A DNA stretch of 60,000 nt from Callorhinchus milii (taxonomy: Eukaryota), in NCBI RefSeq assembly GCF_018977255.1, contig NW_024704743.1, positions 76,200,001-76,260,000 on the forward strand, written 5' to 3'. Both the position numbers and the translations under genes were made by a program. Below, piece after piece: positions 25,493 through 36,833 of this stretch; position 1 is the first letter of the stretch, and every line of letters begins with the position of its first letter. The notes below the pieces were generated by a model. That model searched no databases, was not told the DNA's origin, and was given only the letters and a program-made list of their open reading frames with translations.

Positions 25493-26399
25493 TATTTATT
25501 TATTTCGTAAACAGATTTGAAGTTAAAAAAAAACGTAGCATTTTAAGCCAAGTGCACGTTCCCTCCTTTTCTCAGCGCGGTCCGAAAAAGCACTGAAAGC
25601 CGAACTGGGAGACGGACCGCGCGTGATGTTGGGCTACTGTGTGGGGCGGGTGTTGGGCGGACTTTGGGCTACAAAGCGGAGTGAGTGCAAGTCTGTGGGC
25701 AAAACCGCTGCAGCCGCCGCTGCTGTGTGTGTGGGTGAGGCCCGGGGGTCACTGTGGCCCACGTGACCCGCCCGTCACACGAGAGGGACGGCGAGCAGTG
25801 GAACGTGTTTTTTTTGAAACGCAACGGACCCAACCGTCAACCGCCGCCGCCGCCATCATGCAGTCACGGTCGCTCTCCGCCCCCCGCCTCCTGCTGCTCC
25901 TCTGCCTGGCCACCCCCGGCGGCGCGTCCCCGCCGCAGCCGGTCCTGGGCCCCAGCCCGGGCCTCGCCTCGCAGCCCGTGCCGTGCCTGGCCCCCGAGCA
26001 GTGGGAAGGCAGGGCCGTGGTGTACGACCACAACACGGGCAGGAACAGCCGCCTCCTGCTCTCGTACGATGCCAAGAGCCGGCGAGTGCGGGCGCTGGAG
26101 GAGCAGAAGGGGCACTTCCCCTGCAAGAGGTGGGCCTGTTTGTTACTACCTGTACCATGGCGGGCGGGCGGGGGGTGGGGGGCAGTGCAGTGAAACCCTG
26201 TGGGGCAAGAGCAAGGGGTCAGGGTTTGCCATAAACTATACTACGCTCGTAGCCCCCCATTCCCCATCAAATAAATAATTGAGTTCAGTGCATTTGAAGC
26301 CAATAAAGGTCTTTAAGGAGACGTTTTGTACGTGAGGTTTATTTGTAAAGATTAAGGCACCCGCCCCAAAGTTGTCGCTCTTGTCAAATGCAAGGATCA

Positions 26400-26433
<34 letters not shown>

Positions 26434-26760
26434 AGGTGGGGTTTTTTTTCCACGCGTAGCACAACACAAACACGTCCCCCGGTTGGCCGTGCACCCGCCC
26501 GCCCCTATCTCGCCGCATTGCGGGTGGACCATTTCCGGCCCCCAGCACCGCACTGCCCGCTCCCGGATTAGAGCACCGCTCTTCCTTGGGGGGGTGGGGG
26601 GGCGGAAGACAACAGCGATAATAATATATAAATCACGTTCCACAAACAAAAGCGAGTGACGATTTATGCGTCTGACTCCTCCTTCTTAGCTTCAGGATCA
26701 AGGGCAAATAAGGCGAGGGTCAGACCGCGTGTGGGAGCAGGTGCAGCCGGGCTGGTGGGC
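25290..26760. promoter_or_regulatory. CpG island / TATA-less promoter of EPDR1
   Basis: Very GC- and CpG-rich; GGGCGG boxes near 25643 and 25655; E-box CACGTGAC at 25760-25767; spans exon 1. Confidence 0.8.
25858..26129 (+). CDS. EPDR1: Ependymin-related protein 1, coding exon 1
   Basis: ATG in gccgccatcATG context. Signal peptide MQSRSLSAPRLLLLLCLA, then PCLAPEQWEGRAVVYDHNTGRNSRLLLSYDAKSRRVRALEEQKGHFPCK(R), the ependymin C.AP.QWEGR motif. Donor AG|GTGGG, phase 2, 272 bp. Confidence 0.96.
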
Positions 26761-26800
26761 ATCTTGGGTGCAGACGGACAACTGCTCTGTGTCATAACGT

Positions 26801-27071
26801 GTAACTAGCTGTTCAGGGTCATGGCACTACAAGATAATACCCCAAAACTAGCCGGACAGGGCAATACTGCCTTCAAGATAATAACCTGAACCAGCCTGTT
26901 AGGTCATGGCGCTTCAAGATAATAGCCTCAATCGCTTGTAACTGGCTGGTTAGGGTGTTTCAAGATAATAATCTGTAACTCGCTGGTCAGGGCAATGCTG
27001 CTTCAAGATAGCCCGTAACTGGCAGGTCAAGGCAATGAGCTTCAAGATAATAACCTGTAACTAACTGGTCA
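26801..27071 (+). repeat. Degenerate minisatellite, ~42-bp unit, about 6.5 copies
   Basis: Consensus about gtaactggctggtcagggcaatgctgcttcaagataataacct; caagata core recurs six times. Confidence 0.85.
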
Positions 27072-27074
27072 AAT

Positions 27075-28515
27075 CTAATTTAACGGTCCATCAGCAGATC
27101 TAGCTGGACTACATTAAAACTTAACCCTCCGCCCTCACCTCTGCTAAATCGTCCTTCTATTCCAAGACAATCTTGGAGGCCAAAGACAACATCAGGCTCC
27201 TTTTCTCCACCACCAACCGGCTCCTCCGCCCACCCTCTCACGCCTCGCCCATCCTCTACTCCAACTGCGAGGAGACGCTGGACTTCCTCGAGACCAAAAT
27301 CAAGGGGATCCATTCAGCCGCCTCTGCCCTTGCAACTGCTGCCCCATCCCCATCTCCCTCTTACACTCTGGCACCTACCCAATTCCCCCTCCACACCTTC
27401 AAACCTGTTTCCTCCTCTCTCATCAGCATCATAACCCATATGAAACCCACCACCTGCTCCCTTGACTCCACCCCTACCCTTCTTTTCACCTCCCAGCTCC
27501 ACCTTCTTGCCCTTCTACTCACGGACATCATCAATATCTCCTTGTTCACTGGCACCATTCCCACCCCCTTAAAACCAGCTATCATCACCCCTATCCTCAA
27601 AAATTTTCCCTGGACCCATCCCTGCTCTCAAACTACTGCCCCATCTCCAACCTCCCTTTCCTGCTCCTTCCTCTCCCGCCACTCCCTCTATGAATCCCTC
27701 CAATCAAGTTTCCGTGCTGCTCACAGCACAGAAACAGCCTTGGTCAAAGTGACAAATGACATTTCTTTATCCTCCTTGCACTCTCTTGACTTTGACACCG
27801 TTGACCATTTTTTCCTCCTCCACATCAACCTTCATGATTCTGTCCTTGACTGATTCAAATCCTACCTTTCGCATCGTCTTCACTTCTCCTCCAGCCCCCG
27901 CACCGTCTCATGCAGTGTTCCGCAGGGCTCTGTCCTTCGTCCTCTCCTTCAATATCTACATGTTCCCATCTCTCTTGGTGAAACCATCCGCAGACACGGG
28001 GTCAACTTCTACATGTACGTGGATGACATCCAACTCTATCTCTCTGCCTCCATCCTCGACTCCAGGACCACTGCTGTCCTGACAGAATGTGTGTCAGACA
28101 TCAAGTACTGGATAGGAGCTAACTTTCTCCAGTTGAATGTCAACAAGACCGAGGCTCTCCTAATTCGCTCCCGTCAGCGCCTCCACACCTCAGCCGCTGA
28201 CAGCATCACCATCCAGGGATGCACATTACACCTTACCAACCCAGTCCGGAAACGTGGCGTCTTGTTTGACACTTAACTGTCATTTCTATCCCACATCGGT
28301 GCCATGACTCGGTCTGCCTTTCCGCACCTCGACATCGCCCAGCTCTGCCACTACCTCACCCCTCAGGTTGCTGAAACCCTCATCCATGCATTGATTACAT
28401 CTCGGCTCGACTACACCAACTCCCTGCTTGACAGTCTTCCCAACTCTTCCCTACACAAGCTGCAGATCATCTAGAATTCTGCAGCTCGTGTCTTCCCCCT
28501 TATCAGGCTCCATGG
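27075..28515 (+). mobile_element. L2 LINE ORF2 (reverse transcriptase) remnant
   Basis: ORF track shows [44 protein letters not shown] and MYVDDIQLY, with multiple frameshifts. Confidence 0.92.
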
Positions 28516-29594
28516 TAGTTTGTAACATCTGAAAAATAGTACCGTTTCCCGCCATTGTTTTGCTTACTAGCCTGTTTTCATACTTTTATTTAGCCACAAT
28601 TTTACAAACTGATACTTGCAAACCAAAAGTCAAAGTTGATGCCATAAATCCAGATTCTAAATAAAGCACAAGAGCTTCCATTATTTGGTTAATATTTTAT
28701 GACACTTCAGTATCTTAGTGATAAGACTTTATTGCACTGTCTGGGTTCACAGCTTTGAATTCAAAGTGGTCTGTACTTGCTTAGTCTTACCATTTACTGA
28801 TTTGCCATTGATTTCTTTTCATACCACATAGTTTTTAAATTACACAGAGTGGTGTAACTTTAATTTTCTCTCCCCATGAAATCTAAATGTGGAATTTCTC
28901 ACTTAAGTTCATACAAAATATCTTTATTTTTGGAAATGTTGATTGTGAAATACAAGGCTTTAGATTGATGACTTCTAGAAGCAGTATTTAATTTGCAAAA
29001 ATTCCATATCTATTTAGTTAAAATGCAAGTGCATTGCACCTTTTATCAGCTGTGGTTAATTGTTTTTGTTAAGTGCAAAGTGCTTCTGTGTTCCCTTCTG
29101 GTTATGAACCTATGCCCCTATGCTTAAATAAAGCACTACATGATATCTGTACTGACCACAGGTTACAAGACAAGCCACTCAGGTTTCAGCCATTAATCTT
29201 ATCCATCTGTTTTTCCACTAGTCTGTGTTTTCATATTTAGAATTCCCTGGTCCATCTGTCCTGTACCTCCACCTTCTTCCGACAGTTCAAGACTGTTTTT
29301 TGTAACCTAAGAACCTTTACTTAATGTCCCAAGTACACTTAGCAGAAAAAACGTTTTTTTTGTAATAATTCCTGTCTAAATGGATTATATGGGCACTTGA
29401 AGCTGATTGATGATATTCTCTTGATTAAACAATAATCACAATGAAATCTAAACAAATTGGATTTTTAAACAAACACTAGATATATTGTTATCTATGAAAA
29501 TAAGTGCACATGTTTAATCAAATATTGAAATGGATGTAATTGTGACTTGTAGTTTAAAAAAAGTTAGACTAATGTGGAGTCCTGTAGCTCAATT

Positions 29595-29908
29595 GTGGAG
29601 TCCTGTAGCTCAATGGTTAGAGCACTCGCTTTGCAAGCGAGAGACCTGAGTTCAATTCCAGGCAGGGCGAAACCTTGGGCAAGTTTCCTTACTCCTTCCA
29701 ATAATCCCTCCAAAAACCAAAAACAATAATAAATTGGTCATTTTCAATCTACGACTGTTTGTGGGACATTGCTGTGCGCAAATGGCTGCCGCGTTCGCCC
29801 ACAAATATACAGTCAATTCACTTTACAGTGTTCTGTGAAGCGCTTTGGGACGTCCTCCCGACGTGAAAAGCGCTATATCAAATGCAAGGATGATTATTAT
29901 TATTATTA
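29595..29908 (+). mobile_element. Young tRNA-derived SINE, near full length
   Basis: Head gtggagtcctgtagctcaatggttagagcac...gagttcaattcc (A and B boxes); body ends gtgaaaagcgctatatcaaatgcaagga(tta)n. Near-identical copy at 33346-33679. Confidence 0.92.
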
Positions 29909-29989
29909 ATTTATGATCTTATAAATTTGAGTAAGTATGCATTATCTTTGTATTGTTGTATATTTGTTTTTTGTAAAGATTCCCATAGG

Positions 29990-31150
29990 CATTTCCAACA
30001 GATCAGAAAACCTAGATCTGAGGAAGGTGTTCATCACTGTTTCATACAATAAACTACTGCATAAGATTCAGACTAGTGGGTTAGATGGCATCATATTAAA
30101 GTGCATTATCAACTACCTAATTGATAAAAGTTTTAGCGTCTTGGGACGTCCTCCCGATGTGAAAGGCGCTATACAAATGTAATCTTGTTGTTATTGAGTG
30201 GTAGTATATAAAGAGCTATCTGCTAGGAACTAGTCTCTAGTGATGTTGGTACCACTTTTAAAAAATATTCTATATGATTTGGGGATCTGGAATCATGCCA
30301 AAGATGTCCCAATTTGCAAATAAAACCAATTTGGAAGTCAGTGGCACTCAGATCAGTGTCCACAAGTTCAGAAGAGTGTATGTAGCAATGTATGCAGAAA
30401 GTTGGCATGTAAAAATGGAGAAATGTAATTATGAAAATATTATGAAATGTGTATCGGGAGAAAATCTGTGACATATAAAAGGACAGCAACCTTGAATATT
30501 TAGTGGGAAGGTCATGCACTGTATTCCCAGGTAGTTAAGAAAGCAAACAAAATGTTGAGCTGGGTAGATAAGAGTTGTATAGATAAGAGTAATATGCAAG
30601 TTTAAAAAAAGGGGTTTTAAAATTTGTATGTGGTTTTGATGAGACCACATCTGAACAATTGTGTACAATTTTTGTCTCTTATTTCAAAAAATATTTTTAG
30701 ATATTGGAGCGAGTGCAGTGAAGGTTCCTATATTAATTCCTGAATTTAAGTGACTGAGCCAGGAGAGAAGATAAGCCACCCTCGTACTTTTGTTGCTTGG
30801 AGATGGTCTGAGCAGGACTTGAAAAGTTATGAAGCATTTAATAAATGTGGTTGCAGACTTTTTTTCTCCTGTATAGAAACCTTGAGAACAATGGACTATA
30901 GCTTCAAAGTGAATGTAATTTGTTGCTTTTGTTGAAAACAAAAATAATGAAATGTGCAGGAAAATTGATTTTAGTCAACTGGTTATAGGCATGTAGAACA
31001 AACTACCAAAGGAATTTCAAAAGAGGACCAGACAGGTTCATGGAAATTGACAGGAATTAGGATTATTAGATGATAAAACCAATTGTTATAAGAATCTTGT
31101 GGGAAGTTGAATGGGAAAGCTTAGTGAACCAATGGTCAACTTCTAGTGTT
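29990..31150 (+). mobile_element. Highly decayed CR1 LINE ORF2
   Basis: LDLRKVF..VSYNKLLHKI and W.VKM.KC remnants collinear with CR1 RT; short LINE/SINE tail inserted near 30133-30195. Confidence 0.7.
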
Positions 31151-33000
31151 TTTCTGAGAATATTAGTTTTACTAAAAAATCAAAATACAGCATGAAAATA
31201 ATAAGCAAATATTTAATAATTACAGTAAAAGTGGAAAAGGAGTTGGAAGTTAGTAGTTTAGTGAGTGTTTCTGTTATTTTGATTAGTTCATGCCAAATTG
31301 CTTAAACTCATTTCCCTGCTTTTTCTCCACCTCCTTAGTATGTTTGTGTGGTGTGGATGTGGTACTGGTTGTATAAGGCATAGCATAAATGATTCGTTTA
31401 TTTCGGGATACATAATGTGATAGTTTTATTCAGTAGTTCCCATTCCTAATTGGCTTGCACTGGTTTCCATGTGTCGGATTCTTATCTCTGCATTGTGGAA
31501 ACTGTGTTTATGCTTATCAGCACTAGATGACTGCATGCCTGGAAGTTAACAATTAGTGCAGACTAATTTGTCTGTGTACTGAATTTTCATGGTTGTTACT
31601 TTATCAGATTCTTTGAAAAGACAAATGTTATCAGACAAACAAAGTTCCACCCTTAATAAATATACAATTTACACTCACACCGCATCTTTCAAGCCAGGAT
31701 GACATCCCAAAACGCCTGTCAATTCTGTCTGGTCACTGGAGCTGAAGGGATGAACTTTATTACAACATAGTGTGACTGGTACAATATACAATACCAGAAT
31801 GAATTTTCAAAAAATGTTTGCCACCAAAGCACAATTAGCATACATTGTCTCCTTAAAGGTGATATACTTGATAACAGAATGTCGGAATCAAGTCAATCTC
31901 GGTGATGTGGTGATCTCGGTAGTTTGGTTAAGTCGGACCAAGTCCAGAGCATTGCTGGTGACAGATTAGTTAAACTCCAACAATACCCCAACATATACTC
32001 TGAGGATCCTCGAGCCTTGACCCTTGCCTACCTAATACTCCTTGGAATTAGGTAAGCAAGATGGGTCTCCAGGGAAAGAGTGCACATTCCTTTCCAGACA
32101 CAGAAATTTCCATGTATAGGTGGCATATTTGAAACGTTGTCAAGTTTGGATATTCAAGCATGTGGATGGGGTTTCTACATGTGGTGGATACCAGGCTGAC
32201 CAAAAAAAGTACATATGTGGCATCTCCCTGTGACAGAGTACAGATATTCAATGTTGATTTACATTCAGATTAATTCAAATTTCAATGCCTCTGATATTAA
32301 ATGACAAACATGGATATCTATTATTATTATTTATTATTATTATCTACGAAATACACAGTTATTCCACTTTACAGCATGTACTGGGAAGCATTTTGAGACT
32401 TCCTCCCAATGCGAAAGGGCACTATATTAAATATAAGTATTATACCTATATATACTGTAAAACCAAGTGTGAAATTAGTCGTTTTGAAACAAGAATCCTA
32501 CGTCGTCATGCAACCATTCCTCAAAAAGTACTTTAGCTCTGTATTGAATTTTGATTGAAAAGTACTGATGCTTAAACAATTTGTTAATCCAAAGTGGTTT
32601 AACATGCCTGTACTTGTCTGTAAGAGACTCGTATTGAAATCTTTGATGATTCTTCAACGTTGTCTGTAGAATCAAGATCTGGAACTAGTATCGTGCTTTC
32701 ACAGTTCCTAGTGTGTTACTGTTGTGTTTTGCAGGATTGAGTGGGTTTTCTTAAAAGAGCCATTGATACAACTAGGCTTCTTGTTTCTTCTTCGGATCGC
32801 CCGAATTTTTACTAATGCTGATTTACCATTAGTGACCAGTAGAATTGCATCACCTAACCTTTGCAGAGGCTAGAAAGGTGCCTAACATCACCGTCATTGC
32901 TATATCTGCTCAGCTTCTGGTAGAAACCAGCATATTCAGAATATGACTATTCTATTGCACATTGCTCAGCCACTTGTACCCAATTCCACAAACTTTGCTC

Positions 33001-33730
33001 CAACAACAACTTACATTTATATAGCGCCCCTCACGCAGGGTTAGCATCCCAGAGCACTTGACAGTGGCGGAGCACAACACCGAACCGGGGGAGGGGGAGG
33101 TGACCGTAGGCACGGTCAAATAGGAAAGTCTGCAGGCGTGACCTGAAGATGGAGAAGGAAGGGAAAAGACGGAGGGATAGAGGAAGAGTATTCCAGCTTT
33201 TCGGGGCATAGTGGCTGAAAGCGTGGCCACCAACGGTCGGAGAGGTAGGGAGGTGCCAGAGCATGAACGGATTTGAAAACGAGTGTGAGGATCTTGAAAT
33301 CGATCCATTCGGTGATAGGGAGCCATTGAAGCCTGGCTAGAACTGATAATAATAATAATAATAATAATAATAATCCTTGCATTTGATATAGCGCTTTTCA
33401 CGTCGGGAGGACGTCCCAAAGCGCTTCACAGAACACACTGTAAAGTGAATTGACTGCATATTTGTGGGCGAACGCGGCAGCCAATTGCGCACAGCAATGT
33501 CCCACAAACAGTCGTAGATTGAAAATGACCAATTTATTATTGTTTTGTTTTTGGAGGGATTATTATTAGGCTCTGTGTGGAGTAAGAAAACTTGTCCAAG
33601 GTTTCGCCCTGCCGGGAATTGAACTCAGGTCTCTCGCTTGCAAAGCGAGTGCTCTAACCAATGAGCTACAGGACTCCACAATGTGATGGGGATACAGAGT
33701 TTAGTGCAGGTGACTGTGTGGGTGGCGGGA
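33001..33730 (-). mobile_element. L2 LINE 3' fragment interrupted by a SINE
   Basis: [25 protein letters not shown] motif; (ttg)n tail at 33001. Confidence 0.85.
33346..33679 (-). mobile_element. Young tRNA-derived SINE, full length, nested in an L2 fragment
   Basis: Reverse complement of 29595-29908 with few differences; L2 sequence continues on both sides. Confidence 0.92.
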
Positions 33731-34916
33731 AGTGCTGTATTTGGATATCAAAATAAAGGCTATGGGCTCACGGATCCTGTCTCTGAGATACTCAGACTAT
33801 CCTTTCCAATTTAATTGGCCAGGTTACCAAATATATGTTTAAGTATAAATATAACCTTGTCCTGTTTGAGGCAGCTCCAGAGTAAACTCACAATACACAG
33901 ACCAGACCATAAGTGGATATGGGTTGAAAGTTTACCTTGTGTTTTTCTATGGGAAAATCAAAAGTTTGAAGATAAATTTCAAACCAAATCGAGAGCTTCA
34001 TGTACCACACCTATACATTTGAAATTCCAGAGATATTTATTGGGATGGAATGCGCTCTCTCTCCATGGAAGGACACATCCTGCTTACGAAAGTATTAGGC
34101 GCAGGTTGGCATGGGCCAAGTCTAGAGTGCGCGTTGGCATTTTGCTAGAGTCAAACCATCTAAAAACAAATAGCTTGTCATTGAAAGCATTGTCTGGTAA
34201 GCTACTACCATACTGCGTATAATAATAATCCTTGCATTTGATATAGCTCCTTATTATGTCGTTGAGACATCTCAAAGCTCTTCACTGGATGTATTGTAAA
34301 GTGAATTGACTGTGTATTTTGTGGTCGAAACACAGCAGCCAATTGTGCACAGCAATATATGGATAACCGGTATACAGGCAATTCTAATTTTCCTTTGTGT
34401 ATGGAGGCCAGTTGCAGAAGGGCAATGGTTAAAAATATCTTGCTTTTAGTTCTACCTGTTGGTTAAAGACCTTGGACTCATTTATATCAAAGACGAGCAG
34501 TACACCTATTTTTGTCACGATTTTATCAGCATGGGGCAGTCTAAAAATGCAGTGACCTTTTCCTTTGCAGTGGAAAACTTTCAACAGTGACAATTATATT
34601 TTTGGACCAATATTATTTTCAGTCTTGTCCTTAGTTCTGTTTTGTAACTTTGTCCTTGAAGAATAAAATAAGTCATTGTGCATTTCAGTTGCAAAACTTA
34701 ATAAAACAAATGTCTTAAATAAATGTCAATATTTAAAGGAAAACCTTCATTGTGAAGTAGTACACAGGGAAATATTTCAATTAGTTTTTTATCGACTCCT
34801 GTCTTGTTTTAAGATATTTTTGCCAAACGACTGATAAATGTGTAGTCTAGAGGCAATTTGTTGTTGTAGAGGTACAACCTCTACACTTAATCCACACTTA
34901 TCACTTGCAGTTCAGT

Positions 34917-35429
34917 TCCAAATTTTCAACCTTTGTTTTTACTAATAATAAGACCTCTTCTGCATGATACGAATACAATAAAATCATTTAAGTACGTTTT
35001 TGTACATTTATTTAAATTGTATGCAGAAAAACTGGTGATAAATACTTCACTAAAATGTTTTCCCTCAAGTTGTAAGCAAAGGTTTTTAATCTGAGAAACA
35101 GTAGTAAGTCTAAATTTAAATGGTTGTGATATTTCTGAAAGCTATCACGCAGTAAAATAAATGTTTGAAATACAGGTCAATCAAATTCAGACTGTTATAA
35201 ATATGCTGATCTTAGAACTGAGACACGAGAGTGCCATAACTTAAGAATTAGATATAGATGATGAAGATATAGATGTAGATATAGAATAGTAGATGAGCTA
35301 GCCACATGAATATAGATTTTTCATTGCACCTGTTGTTTAATATTGCGACTGCAGAATCAACACATTATTGTATTCGTATCATGGAAAAGACGTCTTATTA
35401 TTAGTAAAACCAAAGGTTGAAAATTTGGA
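34917..35429. repeat. Long inverted repeat (about 65-bp arms), probable MITE or foldback remnant
   Basis: tccaaattttcaacctttgtttttactaataataagac...catgatacgaatacaataa (34917-34981) pairs with ttattgtattcgtatcatg...gtcttattattagtaaaaccaaaggttgaaaatttgga (35365-35429). Confidence 0.8.
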
Positions 35430-35629
35430 TCAGTATGAAAATGTACTGAATAGGACCAGTTTGGGATTTCTTTGAAAATTTGCCGCTGTGTCACTTTGCT
35501 GTCAACATGCAATAAAGAAAAAGAAGTTGGAGAGTGAAGAAAGATGAAAACAGAAATTTTTCACAAGGCAACTCAAATTGAGTTATGAAAATATCAATGG
35601 GTTAAGCCAGTAGTTGACTCTACCGCCGT

Positions 35630-36203
35630 TGGTTGCCTTTGTCACCTCTCGGCTGGACTTTTCAAATGCCCTCCTCGCCGGTCTCCCATCCACTACCATC
35701 CATAAAATCCAGATCATTCAAAACTCTGGCCCCCACATTCTCAACTGTACCAAACTCCGCTCCCTGATCACCCCAGTCCTTGCCAGACTGCACTGGCTGC
35801 CTATCCCAGAGAGGATCGACTTCAAGATCCTCACCCTTGTATTCAAATCCCTTCACTCCTCTGCAACCCCTACCTCTCTGACCTCCTCTCTCCTCAAAAC
35901 AGTACCGTTGCCTTCGTTCCTCCGAGTCTGGCCTCCTCCTCGTCCCCCGAGTCCTCCGCCACCCTCGGCGGCCGTGCCTTCAGCCACTATGCTCTGAGGC
36001 TCTGGAATTCCCTTCCTCACTCCCTTCGCCTCGCCCCCTCTCTTCCTATTTTCAGGTCCCTGCAGAAGACCTTTCTTTTCAACCACGTCTTTGGTCACCT
36101 TCTTCCCCACCCTCCTGGCTCAGCCCCGGGATCCGTTACTGTGAAGCGATTTGAGACGCCATCCGGCTTGGAGGACGCTATATAAATCCAAGTTGTTGTT
36201 GTT
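35630..36203 (+). mobile_element. L2 LINE 3' fragment
   Basis: [18 protein letters not shown]...[23 protein letters not shown]; tail tataaatccaagttgttgttgtt. Confidence 0.9.
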
Positions 36204-36624
36204 GGTATTTTGTTTATATAGTGAATGTGAGAATAATTCTACAACAACAACTTGCATTGATATAATCCATTAAAAATGATCTGCATTTTTTTATTTTTGC
36301 TGTCTTATTTAAGGAGAAATTTGATGAGGTGAAGTGTTAAATTACTGAGCTTGTTTCACCAGATGTAAGAGTAATGGAACTACTTTTGCCCTGTACAAAT
36401 ACATGGTTATTGGTTACTGAATGGAATGGAAGATTGCCTTCCTTTAATTTCAGTTCCTTGCGTTCATTGAACCATGTGATGGATTTCATATTTCACTGTA
36501 TGACATTAATTGATGTGGTTATTTGAACACCACTTGTATTTAATGTAATATTACAGTTAAATAAATCAGTTGTAACTGTTTTCACTGGAACAGAAATAAT
36601 TTGTATTTTCTCTCTATCTTGTAG

Positions 36625-36833
36625 ATTTTTTGAGTATATCTACCTGTACAAGGAGTCAGTACTCTTTAAAATTGAGCAGAAGACTAAGCAGTGTTCAAAA
36701 CTGCATCTCACCGATGTATGGGATCCATACGATATTCCTAATAACTCTACCTATGAAGATCAATACTATATTGGTGGACCAGGAGACCAGATTGAGGTTC
36801 AAGAGTGGTCAGACAGAAAACCTGCTCGGAAAT
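36625..36833 (+). CDS. EPDR1: EPDR1 coding exon 2
   Basis: Pyrimidine tract plus tgtag acceptor, gtaagt donor; 209 bp. Encodes FFEYIYLYKESVLFKIEQKTKQCSKLHLTDVWDPYDIPNNSTYEDQYYIGGPGDQIEVQEWSDRKPARK. Confidence 0.97.

Noticed and set aside
25639..25857. N-terminal extension of EPDR1 suggested by the ORF track
   Set aside because: Starts at GTG with no in-frame ATG; the ATG at 25858 directly precedes the signal peptide, and GC-rich DNA is stop-poor.
26801..27071. CRISPR-like appearance of regularly spaced caagataata cores
   Set aside because: The intervening sequences are homologous to each other, so it is a tandem repeat; eukaryotic intron, no cas genes.
29595..29670. tRNA gene (also at about 16035, 33605 and 47265)
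   Set aside because: These are tRNA-derived SINE heads that run into SINE bodies and tails, without a proper acceptor stem or terminator.
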